From Erysipelotrichaceae bacterium OH741_COT-311 (GTDB lineage Bacteria; Bacillota_I; Bacilli_A; Erysipelotrichales; Erysipelotrichaceae), in contig RQZE01000004.1 of assembly GCA_003858585.1 (NCBI GenBank), positions 90,001 through 122,000 on the forward strand: DNA of 32,000 nt, in the 5' to 3' direction. A program made the position numbers and the translations under genes. The notes beneath the pieces were generated by a model. The model was not told the DNA's origin, ran no database searches, and worked only from the letters and a program-made list of their open reading frames with translations. Within the stretch, counting starts at the first letter, position 1. Each line of letters begins with the position of its first letter. Of this stretch, positions 8,743 through 17,513 are shown piece after piece.

Positions 8743-9747
8743 TTATTCAGCCTCACTTTCATCTTTTTTCTCAACAGTAGCTTCTACTTTAGGTTTTCTA
8801 ACTCGTTTCGGTTTTTCAACGACTTCTTCACTACCTTCAGCTTTTACTTCTTCTTTTTTCTCTTCTGTTGTTTCTGATGCTACTTCATCACGTTTAATAA
8901 AAGTTCTTCTTTCTGAAACTCGTCCACCTTGACGAGGTTTTCTTTCTTCGTTACGTGCTTTACGACGTCTTTCATTTTCTTCATGTACTTTTTCAACATT
9001 GATGATTACATCTGACATTGTAATATCTTCTGTTTCTGCATCTTCTTGATATGCATCTTGTAATAGACCACCCTTAACTTCAACAATCGCATCTGCTAAC
9101 ACGGAACAGATTAAACGAATTGATTTTACTGCATCATCATTTGCAGGAATCGGATAATCTACAACTGCAGGATCACAGTTTGTATCTACCAAACCAAATA
9201 CAGGAATACCTAATTTTTTAGCTTCTGCAACTGCATTGTGTTCTTCCATTGGATCGATTACAACAACTGCATCAGGAAGTTTTTTCATTTCTTTAATACC
9301 ACCTAAGAAATTTTCAAGTCTAGAGGCTTCTTTTCTAATTAATACTACTTCTTTTTTAGGATATACATTAATAGTACCTGTAGCTTCCATTTCTTCAATT
9401 TCTAATAAGCGTTTAATTCTCTTTTGGATTGTTCTGAAGTTTGTTAAAGTACCACCTAACCATCTTTGATTTGCATAGAATGAACCAGAACGTAACGCTT
9501 CATTTAATACAATTTCTTGTGCTTGTTTTTTTGTTCCGATAAATAATACTTTACCGCCCTTTTCTGCAATATCTTTCATTGCATTGTATGCTTTTTCTAA
9601 TTCTACTTGTGTTTTTGCTAAGTCAATGATGTATACACCATTTTTTGCTGTGTAGATAAATGGTTTTGCTTTTGGATTCCATCTACGAGTTTGGTGACCA
9701 AAATGAACCCCACTTTCTAATAATTTACGCATTGAAACAACTGACAT
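8743..9747 (-). CDS. rpsB: 30S ribosomal protein S2 with a long charged C-terminal extension
   Basis: [18 protein letters not shown] motif. The conserved core covers about residues 1-245, followed by an about 90-aa K/E/R-rich tail. Confidence 0.95.
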   Translation of the reverse strand: MSVVSMRKLLESGVHFGHQTRRWNPKAKPFIYTAKNGVYIIDLAKTQVELEKAYNAMKDIAEKGGKVLFIGTKKQAQEIVLNEALRSGSFYANQRWLGGTLTNFRTIQKRIKRLLEIEEMEATGTINVYPKKEVVLIRKEASRLENFLGGIKEMKKLPDAVVVIDPMEEHNAVAEAKKLGIPVFGLVDTNCDPAVVDYPIPANDDAVKSIRLICSVLADAIVEVKGGLLQDAYQEDAETEDITMSDVIINVEKVHEENERRRKARNEERKPRQGGRVSERRTFIKRDEVASETTEEKKEEVKAEGSEEVVEKPKRVRKPKVEATVEKKDESEAE

Positions 9748-9862
9748 TAATTTTTCCTCTCTTTCCGTTTGTTTCCTCCACTATTTCTAACATTAGTAAC
9801 TCAATTGAGCACGGAACCAATGAATTCATAGTGTGTGTATTTAGCATTTTATGCCACTTAAT

Positions 9863-9891
9863 AATATATCATACTATACTGCTATATTCAA
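9863..9891 (-). promoter_or_regulatory. Sigma-A promoter candidate for rpsB-tsf
   Basis: Minus-strand TTGAAT, 17 nt, TATATT, with TGA giving an extended -10. Leaves a leader of about 105-110 nt before the rpsB ATG. Confidence 0.6.
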
Positions 9892-9894
9892 CAT

Positions 9895-9915
9895 AAAAAG
9901 AAGCTTTACTTCTTT
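9895..9915 (-). terminator. Weak terminator-like hairpin at the xerC stop
   Basis: Minus-strand AAAGAAG-UAAAG-CUUCUUU followed by UUAU. AT-rich 7-bp stem that includes the stop codon. Confidence 0.4.
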
Positions 9916-10802
9916 CTTGGATGGTAATTTTCAACAATGGTTTTAAGATGTTCTTTTGATAAATGGGTATAAATCTGTGTTGTACTTAAAAGACTATGCC
10001 CAAGTAGCTCTTGCACACTTCGCAAATCCGCACCATTATTCAATAAATGGGTTGCAAACGAATGTCTTAACATGTGAGGATGAACATTCATAGTAAGACC
10101 GGCTTTTATTCCTTGTTTTTTTAACATATCTTGTATAAAGCGAGAAGAAATTTTTTTACCCTTTTGATTCACGATTAAATATTCCTCTTTATCATTTATT
10201 GCATGATAATAGGTATTCATATATAACTTTACTAATTGCTTTATTCTTGGATAAAAAGGTACATATCGATACTTCTTTCCCTTACCCATTACACTTAAAC
10301 ATTCCTCTTGGAAATCAAAATCCGAATATTTAAGATTTGTACATTCTGAAACACGCAAACCACAGGCATAGATAATCTCTGTTATTAAACGATTTCTTAC
10401 ATCAACGGGATCCTTTAAGTTAAATGAATCCAACAATGTAATCACATCATCAAAAATCAGATACTCAGGTAGCTTCTTTGTTACTTTTGGATTTTTATAA
10501 AGTATAAATGGATTTTCATCAATTAATTTTTGATCGATTAAAAAACGATAAAACGATCGTAAACAAGCCATATTCCTTGCGAAAGTACGATTTGAGATAA
10601 TCCCTCTTGTTATACTTCCACTTCTTAAATGCTGTGTATATGCAAAGACATCTTCTTTATTAACATCAAAAATCGATTTTGCATCAACAAAATCTAAGAA
10701 ACGAGTGATATCTCGAAAATAACTATCCTTTGTTTTATCCGATGATGTATTGGATAGTGCTAAATGTTTCAAAAATAAATCACGATACTCATAATTCTTC
10801 AT
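9906..10802 (-). CDS. xerC: Tyrosine recombinase XerC (CodV-type)
   Basis: Catalytic motifs [11 protein letters not shown] and [14 protein letters not shown]. Sits in the conserved topA-trmFO-xerC position. 14-nt overlap with trmFO. Confidence 0.85.
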   Translation of the reverse strand: MKNYEYRDLFLKHLALSNTSSDKTKDSYFRDITRFLDFVDAKSIFDVNKEDVFAYTQHLRSGSITRGIISNRTFARNMACLRSFYRFLIDQKLIDENPFILYKNPKVTKKLPEYLIFDDVITLLDSFNLKDPVDVRNRLITEIIYACGLRVSECTNLKYSDFDFQEECLSVMGKGKKYRYVPFYPRIKQLVKLYMNTYYHAINDKEEYLIVNQKGKKISSRFIQDMLKKQGIKAGLTMNVHPHMLRHSFATHLLNNGADLRSVQELLGHSLLSTTQIYTHLSKEHLKTIVENYHPRKK

Positions 10803-12090
10803 AAAAGTATTCTTTAATCACTCTAGATGCTTGTGGCCAATAAGCATCCTTTTTATTATGCTTTTCATACGAATCTACTAAAGAAAAAATGCCAAAATTC
10901 GCATTCATAGGCTGAAAATTGCTTTTACTTGCTGTTGTAATATAATTTGCCATAGCTCCCATCATACATGTACTTGGCAAATAAATTAAATCTTTCTTTA
11001 ACAGAAGACGAGCCATATTAATACCGGCCACTAACCCGGAAGCTGCAGATTCGATGTAACCCTCTACCCCCGTCATTTGACCTGCAAAAAACAAATCATC
11101 ACGATGAATAAATTGATAGGTTGCTTTTAATACCTTAGGCGCATTTAAATACGTATTTCGATGCATTACACCATAACGAACAATATTACAGTTTTCTAAT
11201 CCAGGTATCATTTGTAATATTCTTTTTTGTTCCTTAAACGTTAAATGAGTTTGAAAACCAACCACATTGTACAAGGAAGCAATCGCATCATCTTGTCGAA
11301 GTTGTACCACTGCATAAGGACGCTTATCCTCTTTGGATTTTTCTAATCCAACCGGCTTCATTGGTCCAAACAACAATGTTTTATAACCACGTCTTGCAAT
11401 TTCTTCAAATGGCATACATCCTTCAAAATATATTTCTTTTTCAAATTCCTTTAATTGTATTGTTTGTGCATTAATTAATTCTTGATAAAATGCAAAAAAT
11501 TGTTCTTGATTCATTGGACAGTTAATATAATCACCTTTATTTTCATGATCATAACGTGATTTATAATAAGCAATATCCATATTGATGCTGCTTTTTTCAA
11601 TAATCGGTGATGCAGCATCGTAAAAATACAATGACTCCTGTTGTACTAAATCTTTGATTTTTTCACTTAAGGCATCACTTGTTAAAGGACCGCTTGCAAT
11701 AATCGTTGGTCCATCAAAAATTTCAGTGACTTCTTCATAAATGACACGTATATTAGGATGCTCTTTGATAAGTTGTGTAACCATTTTGGAAAATCCTTCA
11801 CGATCTACCGATAGACTTGAGCCACTTGGAACACTACATGCATCCGCTGCCTTCATAATGATTGAATCAAGCATACGCATTTCTTCTTTTAAAATTCCTA
11901 CCGCATTTGTAAGTTGATTACTACGCAAGGAATTAGAACACACCAATTCTGCAAAATACTCTGTTTTATGCGCCAATGTAGACTTTGTAGGACGCATTTC
12001 ATAAAGGTCAACCTGTAACCCTCTTTTTGCTAATTGATAGGCTGCTTCCACTCCAGCTAAGCCTGCACCTACAATTTTCACTCTATTCAT
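10789..12090 (-). CDS. trmFO: Methylenetetrahydrofolate--tRNA-(uracil-5-)-methyltransferase TrmFO (Gid)
   Basis: FAD motif [14 protein letters not shown]; full-length TrmFO similarity. Conserved position after topA. Confidence 0.95.
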   Translation of the reverse strand: MNRVKIVGAGLAGVEAAYQLAKRGLQVDLYEMRPTKSTLAHKTEYFAELVCSNSLRSNQLTNAVGILKEEMRMLDSIIMKAADACSVPSGSSLSVDREGFSKMVTQLIKEHPNIRVIYEEVTEIFDGPTIIASGPLTSDALSEKIKDLVQQESLYFYDAASPIIEKSSINMDIAYYKSRYDHENKGDYINCPMNQEQFFAFYQELINAQTIQLKEFEKEIYFEGCMPFEEIARRGYKTLLFGPMKPVGLEKSKEDKRPYAVVQLRQDDAIASLYNVVGFQTHLTFKEQKRILQMIPGLENCNIVRYGVMHRNTYLNAPKVLKATYQFIHRDDLFFAGQMTGVEGYIESAASGLVAGINMARLLLKKDLIYLPSTCMMGAMANYITTASKSNFQPMNANFGIFSLVDSYEKHNKKDAYWPQASRVIKEYFYEEL

Positions 12091-12091
12091 C

Positions 12092-14140
12092 TTATTTCTT
12101 TACCGCCTTTTTTGATGTCTTCTTACTCTTTGTTATTTTCTTTTTTGTAAACGGTCTTTTTTCACCTTCTATGTTTTCAATATAACGACACTTAGGGAAA
12201 TTACTACATCCTAAAAAATAATTACCAAAACGACTCTTACGCTTTAATAGTTCGTTATTACACTCAGGACATAGTTTCCCTGTTTTTTCCGGTTCTTCTT
12301 TATTCGGATTTTCAATTTTAGCCGTATACTTACATTCCGGATACGCAATACAACTAATAAACTTTCCATAACGCCCTTGACGAAATACAAGCTCTTGATT
12401 ACACAATGGACATAAATCACCAGTCTTCTCTAACTCTTTTTTCTCCATATTTTCATAAGCCTGAAGTAACAAAGGTTCAAACTTATCATAAAATGCTTGT
12501 AAAGAAGATACACTATCTAAATGATTTAAAGCAATTTCATCTAATTGTTCTTCCATATTAGCTGTATATTTTACATTAATAATAGAATCAAAAAACTGAC
12601 CAAGCTTTTCATCTGTTAATACACCTTGTTCCGTTGGAAAGAAATATTTTACTTTTCCAGTTTCTGTTGCCTTCTTTAATTCAACATAACCACGCAGTTG
12701 AATGGTATCAATAATTGTTGAATATGTGGATGGTCTGCCAATACCATCTTCTTCCATCTCTTTGATAAGCTTTGCTTCTGTATAACGAGATGGAGGTTCT
12801 GTAAAGTGCTGATTTTTTTCAACCTTTTTAGCTTTTAATATTTCTTTTTCTTCTAACGTTGGCAAAATAACATCTTTACTATGATCGTATTCATCATATA
12901 CCTTTAAAAATCCATCAAAGACAAGTTGACTACCATTCGCACTAAATTGTAATTCTTCAACATCTAATAAAACATTAACCGTATGATTACGTGCAGAAGC
13001 CATTAAAGAAGCTAATGCTCGATAATAAATAAAACGATACAACTTATATTGCTCAGGTGTTAAATATTGCTTTACACTCTCAGGCGTTAATTCAATATTG
13101 GTAGGTCGTATTGCCTCATGGGCGTCTTGAGAACCTTCCTCATTTTTCACTTTGTAATGACCAACATATTCTTTTCCATATTCATGTAAAATATAATCTT
13201 TCGCACTATCTACAAAAACCTTACTTAAACGAGTAGAATCTGTACGCATATACGTAATTAACCCTTGTGTTTGATTTTTTAAATCAATTCCTTCATAGAG
13301 TTTTTGAGCAATCGTCATTGTTTTTTTAGGACTAAATCCAAGCTTATTCGAAGCTTCTTGTTGAAGCGTTGATGTAATAAATGGCAAACGCGGTTCTCGT
13401 AGTTTTACTTTTTTATTAACACTAGAAATTGTATAATCATGCAAAGCTTTTTGATAAATTTCATTGGCTTGATCTTCATTAGAAATCACAGCTTTCTTAT
13501 TATTAATCTTAATCAAACTAGCTGTAAATGGAATATCTTCTTGTTGAAAATGCGCCACAACACTCCAATATTCCTCCGGAACAAACGCTGCAATTTCTTT
13601 TTCACGATCACAGATCATTTTTAAAGCAACCGATTGCACACGACCTGCTGACTTACTACGAATTTTGTTTTTAAGCAATGTTGACAGTTTAAAACCAATG
13701 ATACGATCTAAAATACGACGTGTTTCTTGAGAACGAACCAACCCCATGTCAATGCTTCTAGGATGTTTAAATGCATCTAAAACCGCATCTTTTGTAATTT
13801 CATGAAACACAACTCGATTTTGAAGATCTAAATCCAATTCAAATTCATTAGCAATATGCCATGAAATTGCCTCTCCTTCACGATCCGGGTCGGTTGCAAG
13901 ATAAACCATATCCGCTTTCTTAATTTTCTTTTTTAATTCTTTTACAACTTCTTTTTTATCTTTATTAACAATGTAAGTAGGAGTAAATTTATTTTCAATA
14001 TCTACCCCTAGTCCATCTTTCCCTTTAATCGCAAGATCTCTAATATGACCAACTGATGATACGACTTCAAAGTCCTTGCCAAGATATTTTTCAATTGTTT
14101 TTGATTTTGAAGGAGATTCTACAATAACCAGATTTTTCAT
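12092..14140 (-). CDS. topA: DNA topoisomerase I
   Basis: Toprim VIVESPSK and DPDREGE, active-site ITYMRTDS, two C4 zinc ribbons (CPLC..C..C, CPEC..C..C) and a lysine-rich tail. Confidence 0.95.
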   Translation of the reverse strand: MKNLVIVESPSKSKTIEKYLGKDFEVVSSVGHIRDLAIKGKDGLGVDIENKFTPTYIVNKDKKEVVKELKKKIKKADMVYLATDPDREGEAISWHIANEFELDLDLQNRVVFHEITKDAVLDAFKHPRSIDMGLVRSQETRRILDRIIGFKLSTLLKNKIRSKSAGRVQSVALKMICDREKEIAAFVPEEYWSVVAHFQQEDIPFTASLIKINNKKAVISNEDQANEIYQKALHDYTISSVNKKVKLREPRLPFITSTLQQEASNKLGFSPKKTMTIAQKLYEGIDLKNQTQGLITYMRTDSTRLSKVFVDSAKDYILHEYGKEYVGHYKVKNEEGSQDAHEAIRPTNIELTPESVKQYLTPEQYKLYRFIYYRALASLMASARNHTVNVLLDVEELQFSANGSQLVFDGFLKVYDEYDHSKDVILPTLEEKEILKAKKVEKNQHFTEPPSRYTEAKLIKEMEEDGIGRPSTYSTIIDTIQLRGYVELKKATETGKVKYFFPTEQGVLTDEKLGQFFDSIINVKYTANMEEQLDEIALNHLDSVSSLQAFYDKFEPLLLQAYENMEKKELEKTGDLCPLCNQELVFRQGRYGKFISCIAYPECKYTAKIENPNKEEPEKTGKLCPECNNELLKRKSRFGNYFLGCSNFPKCRYIENIEGEKRPFTKKKITKSKKTSKKAVKK

Positions 14141-14172
14141 TTTACATTCCTACCTCAATTACATATTTAATA

Positions 14173-14201
14173 ATTTTGCCATACTATGTTTATTTTATCA
14201 A
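14173..14201 (-). promoter_or_regulatory. Promoter candidate upstream of topA
   Basis: Minus-strand TTGATA, 17 nt, CAAAAT, with TGG giving an extended -10. Lies in the 66-nt dprA-topA spacer. Confidence 0.4.
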
Positions 14202-14206
14202 ATAAA

Positions 14207-14938
14207 TTACAAAAATTTAATATCTTCCAACATCAATAAATGTGCACCATCTTTAATAAGTTGATTACATCCTTTTCCATAAATATTATCATTAGGATAA
14301 GGAATAACATATACATCTTTCGATAAATCTAATGCTGCATTTACCGTTGTAAGAGTTCCACTTCTTTGCTCAGCACTTACCACGACCAGAAAATTACTCA
14401 AGGCTGCAATGATACGATTACGCCAAGGAAAGTGATGTTTTAATGGGGCAACTTGTTCAGGATACTCACTAAGAATAAGATGTTTGTGCTCCATCATTTC
14501 ATATAATTCTTTATTTTCTAAAGGATAAATGGTATCTATCCCACAACCAATCACTCCGATTGTTTGATTTGTTAAAGAATTTTGATGCGCTAAAGCATCA
14601 ATCCCTTTCGCCAAACCAGAAACAATCGTATATTTCTTTTTTAATTCCTCAGTAACACAGTGAACCATTTTACTTGCATAATCACATACACTACGCGAGC
14701 CTATTATTCCACACGTTTGATTATTTAATAACTCTACATTTCCCTTATAAAATAACACTAAGGGAGGATACTTTAAGTTTCTTAAAGCCTTTGGATACTG
14801 CTCATCCAAAATAGTTAACGTTTGTTTTGATGTTAATAAATAATCGACAGGCTCTTTTTTATTAATTGCCGATATAATTTTAAAATAATCTCCTTTATGT
14901 TTTATAGCATAATGGACTAATAAATCACGAATTGTCAT
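14207..14938 (-). CDS. dprA: DNA processing protein DprA (Smf), short form
   Basis: Rossmann-like core GIIGSRSVCDYA...GLAKGIDALAH...VVSAEQRSGTL. Conserved position upstream of topA. AGGAGGG RBS. At 243 aa it is shorter than typical DprA. Confidence 0.85.
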   Translation of the reverse strand: MTIRDLLVHYAIKHKGDYFKIISAINKKEPVDYLLTSKQTLTILDEQYPKALRNLKYPPLVLFYKGNVELLNNQTCGIIGSRSVCDYASKMVHCVTEELKKKYTIVSGLAKGIDALAHQNSLTNQTIGVIGCGIDTIYPLENKELYEMMEHKHLILSEYPEQVAPLKHHFPWRNRIIAALSNFLVVVSAEQRSGTLTTVNAALDLSKDVYVIPYPNDNIYGKGCNQLIKDGAHLLMLEDIKFL

Positions 14939-14984
14939 AAAGCCCTCCTACTTTATTATAGAAATAAGACTTTATTTATCTAAA

Positions 14985-15596
14985 TTATAAATCAAGTTTT
15001 AAAGCAAAGTAATTCGAAATTGGCTTATAACTTTTACGATGAATTGGTAAAACTCCATAATGTTGAATTGCTTCTAAATGTTTTGCAGTTGCATACCCCT
15101 TATGTTGTTTAAATCCATATTCCGGATAACACTCATCATATTCATCCATAATTTGATCACGTGTTACTTTCGCTAAAATACTTCCGGCTGCAATACTGAT
15201 ACTTTTTTGATCACCCTTAATTACACTAATCACATTATCATATTCTTTTAAAGGCATTGCATCGGTTAAAATGACATCTGCCTGTAACTGCAACGCTATT
15301 TCTTTGGTAGCTTGTAAAGTTGCTTGATAAATATTCAAACGATCAATTTCTTCTACATCTACAATTTTAATGGTATATGCAAGAGCATCTTTTTTAATTT
15401 CCTCAAAAAGTTTAAGACGCTTTTTAGCACTTAGTTTTTTTGAATCGTAGATTTCTTTATTGACATAACCAATAGGAAAAATTACACCTGCTACCACTAG
15501 TGGTCCTGCTAGAGGACCTCTACCTGCTTCATCAATCCCTAAAACAAGTTGATTCTTTATCCAAGCTTCCTGTTCATATCGATTCTCTGTTTCCAT
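14985..15596 (-). CDS. rnhB: Ribonuclease HII
   Basis: GIDEAGRGPLAGPLV active-site motif. Conserved rbgA-rnhB pairing. 23-nt overlap with rbgA. Confidence 0.93.
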   Translation of the reverse strand: METENRYEQEAWIKNQLVLGIDEAGRGPLAGPLVVAGVIFPIGYVNKEIYDSKKLSAKKRLKLFEEIKKDALAYTIKIVDVEEIDRLNIYQATLQATKEIALQLQADVILTDAMPLKEYDNVISVIKGDQKSISIAAGSILAKVTRDQIMDEYDECYPEYGFKQHKGYATAKHLEAIQHYGVLPIHRKSYKPISNYFALKLDL

Positions 15597-16458
15597 TTAT
15601 CTTCTCCCATGTAATTGGTCCTAGTTTATCATCACGAATATCGTTTAAAAACATCATCATCGTTCTTTGAACATCCACTTGATTGTTTGCCGTCAACCAA
15701 TTTTTACTACGTCCTATTCTTTCAAAAATAGCAGTCAAATCACCACTTAGATCTATGTTATAACGTTTTATTAAACGCTCCGGATACTCTTTGAGTAAAA
15801 TATCAAGCGCAAACAGACAAACATCCATTAAAGGTAACACTTGATCATTAATACTACCTACTAAAGCCAAATAATATCCGACATTTAGATCTTCAAACTT
15901 CGGCCATAAGACTCCGGGTGTATCTAATAACTCAATATCCTTGTTGAGTTTTACCCATTGTAAAGACCTAGTTACTCCAGGACGATCACTAACCGCTGTA
16001 ATTTTCTTTTTCGCAAGTTTATTAATCAAGGTACTTTTACCAACATTCGGTATTCCTACCACCATACAACGAATTGCACGAGGCTTCATCCCTTTACGAA
16101 TCCATCGATTAATTTTCTCTTTCATCACATTCAAAGATGCTTGTACAATCTTATCAGCTACATTTTCACTTAAACTATCAATCGCAATAACTTTTGTTAT
16201 ATCATTGCTTAAATACTCTATCCATTGACTAATGTATTCCATTTGTCCTTTATCTTTTTTCGTTAATACAATTAATCTTGGTTTTTGATGTAAAAGCTTA
16301 TCTAACATCGGATTGGCACTTGCTAATGGAATACGACAATCTCTTAATTCAATGACCATATCAACCAATTTTAAATTTTTTTCCATTTCACGCATTGCTT
16401 TTGTCATATGTCCTGGAAACCAGTTAATATTCGATTTAAAACTTGTTTTATCTTCCAT
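15574..16458 (-). CDS. rbgA: Ribosome biogenesis GTPase A (YlqF)
   Basis: INWFPGHMTKA N-terminus and circularly permuted GTPase motifs (LTKKD before GIPNVGKST). GGGAGG RBS. Confidence 0.93.
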   Translation of the reverse strand: MEDKTSFKSNINWFPGHMTKAMREMEKNLKLVDMVIELRDCRIPLASANPMLDKLLHQKPRLIVLTKKDKGQMEYISQWIEYLSNDITKVIAIDSLSENVADKIVQASLNVMKEKINRWIRKGMKPRAIRCMVVGIPNVGKSTLINKLAKKKITAVSDRPGVTRSLQWVKLNKDIELLDTPGVLWPKFEDLNVGYYLALVGSINDQVLPLMDVCLFALDILLKEYPERLIKRYNIDLSGDLTAIFERIGRSKNWLTANNQVDVQRTMMMFLNDIRDDKLGPITWEKINGNRESI

Positions 16459-16482
16459 TTTAAGACCTCCCTATAAACTGCT

Positions 16483-17016
16483 TTACTCTTTTGTTCCAAA
16501 ACTATTTAATGGAAAAATAGTAAAAATACCTTTACTTTTAATATCCTTTAATTTAAACGGGCCATAATACCTTGAATCACTTGAATTATTACGATTATCA
16601 CCCATTAAAAAATATTCGTCTTGCCCTAAAACATATGTAAAATCTTCTGTATAAAGATTATTATGCTTTGCAAAGGGTGTATTTAAAAAAACTTCATCTA
16701 CATATTCATCATTGATATACAATTTATTATCTGTATAACGTATAATCTCATTTGGTAAACCAATCACACGTTTCACTAGATACTCACCCTTATTCTCTAA
16801 ATAAACTGTAACAATATCAAAACGCTTTAGTCCATCTAACTTTAAACTTAAAATATTACTGATACCTAAGTAATTATTTTTTAAAGTTGGATACATCGAA
16901 TTACCAGATACACGTATAGGCTTAAAAATATAAGTAGTAATTAATAATACTAAAATAAAACAGATAATAACTGTTTTCGCTAAATCAAAGATTTCTTTTA
17001 AAATACGTTTATTCAT
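16483..17016 (-). CDS. lepB: Signal peptidase I (S26)
   Basis: N-terminal TM, SGNSMYPTL (Ser nucleophile), VKRVIGLPNE (Lys) and GDNRNNSSDSR boxes. Start moved from the TTG at 17028 to ATG 17016, after GGAGG. Confidence 0.9.
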   Translation of the reverse strand: MNKRILKEIFDLAKTVIICFILVLLITTYIFKPIRVSGNSMYPTLKNNYLGISNILSLKLDGLKRFDIVTVYLENKGEYLVKRVIGLPNEIIRYTDNKLYINDEYVDEVFLNTPFAKHNNLYTEDFTYVLGQDEYFLMGDNRNNSSDSRYYGPFKLKDIKSKGIFTIFPLNSFGTKE

Positions 17017-17027
17017 CTTAACCTCCA

Positions 17028-17053
17028 AAAATAAAAACCGGATGTTCCGGCTT
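17028..17053 (-). terminator. Rho-independent terminator after rplS
   Basis: Minus-strand AAGCCGGA-ACA-UCCGGUU followed by UUUAUUUUU. It is followed directly by the lepB GGAGG. Confidence 0.7.
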
Positions 17054-17403
17054 TATTTACGAATTTCTTTAATACGAGACGCTTTACCAGATAATCCACG
17101 TAAGTAAAATAATTTTGCTCTTCTAACTTTACCTTTGCGTGTTACGGTAATTTTGTCAATTACTGGTGAATGCATTGGGAAAGTTCTTTCAACCCCAATA
17201 CCAGAACTTAATTTACGAACTGTAAATGTTTGTCCAATCCCTGATCCTTGCACTTTAATAACTAGACCTTCAAATCCTTGGATACGAGATTTATCTCCTT
17301 CTTTAATTCTTACGTCAACTCTTACCGTATAACCAGCACGAATTTCTGGCAAATCAGTACGTAATTGATCTTTTGTAATTTCATTTACTAAATTTAAATT
17401 CAT
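17053..17403 (-). CDS. rplS: 50S ribosomal protein L19
   Basis: Full-length L19 similarity (FRAGYTVRV-type [21 protein letters not shown]). Start moved from the TTG at 17421 to ATG 17403, after AGGAGA. Confidence 0.95.
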   Translation of the reverse strand: MNLNLVNEITKDQLRTDLPEIRAGYTVRVDVRIKEGDKSRIQGFEGLVIKVQGSGIGQTFTVRKLSSGIGVERTFPMHSPVIDKITVTRKGKVRRAKLFYLRGLSGKASRIKEIRK

Positions 17404-17478
17404 ATTTCTCTCCTTCTTCAACGATAATCAAGCACTCTTAACCATACAGTTAGCGGAATACTGATGCTTATAGCTATA
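17404..17478 (-). promoter_or_regulatory. Candidate L19 (rplS) autoregulatory leader
   Basis: An about 70-nt 5' UTR between the predicted TSS and the rplS ATG. Nested pairings: AAGCAU/GUGCUU (17464-17469 with 17430-17435) enclosing CAGU/ACUG. An L19 leader is known upstream of rplS in low-GC Gram-positives. I could not run a covariance model. Confidence 0.4.
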
Positions 17479-17480
17479 AC

Positions 17481-17509
17481 ATAATATCACAACTTCTCTT
17501 AAATAGCAA
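17481..17509 (-). promoter_or_regulatory. Sigma-A promoter candidate for rplS
   Basis: Minus-strand TTGCTA, 17 nt, TATTAT, with TGA giving an extended -10. The -35 begins 5 nt after the HAD gene stop. Confidence 0.6.
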
Positions 17510-17513
17510 GAAA

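Noticed and set aside
8295-8780. 161-aa plus-strand ORF, together with the 62- and 70-aa plus-strand ORFs at 8152-8340 and 8425-8637
   Set aside because: All lie entirely antisense to tsf. Their translations are low-complexity (S/F/A/L-rich), with no RBS and no recognisable motif. They are typical shadow ORFs opposite a well-conserved gene.
9747-9830. Upstream ORF in the rpsB leader (ATG at about 9830, reading MNSLVPCSIELL... into rpsB out of frame)
   Set aside because: No SD precedes it (ACACACACU-AUG). The frame overlaps the rpsB start out of frame, and the peptide has no recognisable features. Probably a fortuitous AUG.
9855-9891. Possible dif recombination site next to xerC (ATATATTAT core resembles the centre of the B. 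subtilis dif sequence)
   Set aside because: Only the AT-rich centre matches. The flanking 11-nt arms do not resemble the conserved ACTTCCTAGAA and TTATGTAAACT arms. The sequence is better explained as the rpsB -35/-10 promoter, and dif is expected at the terminus, not beside xerC.
9906-10802. Tyrosine recombinase as the integrase of a mobile element or island
   Set aside because: It sits in the conserved topA-trmFO-xerC(codV) housekeeping context and overlaps trmFO by 14 nt. It has no flanking direct repeats, tRNA target, excisionase or cargo genes.
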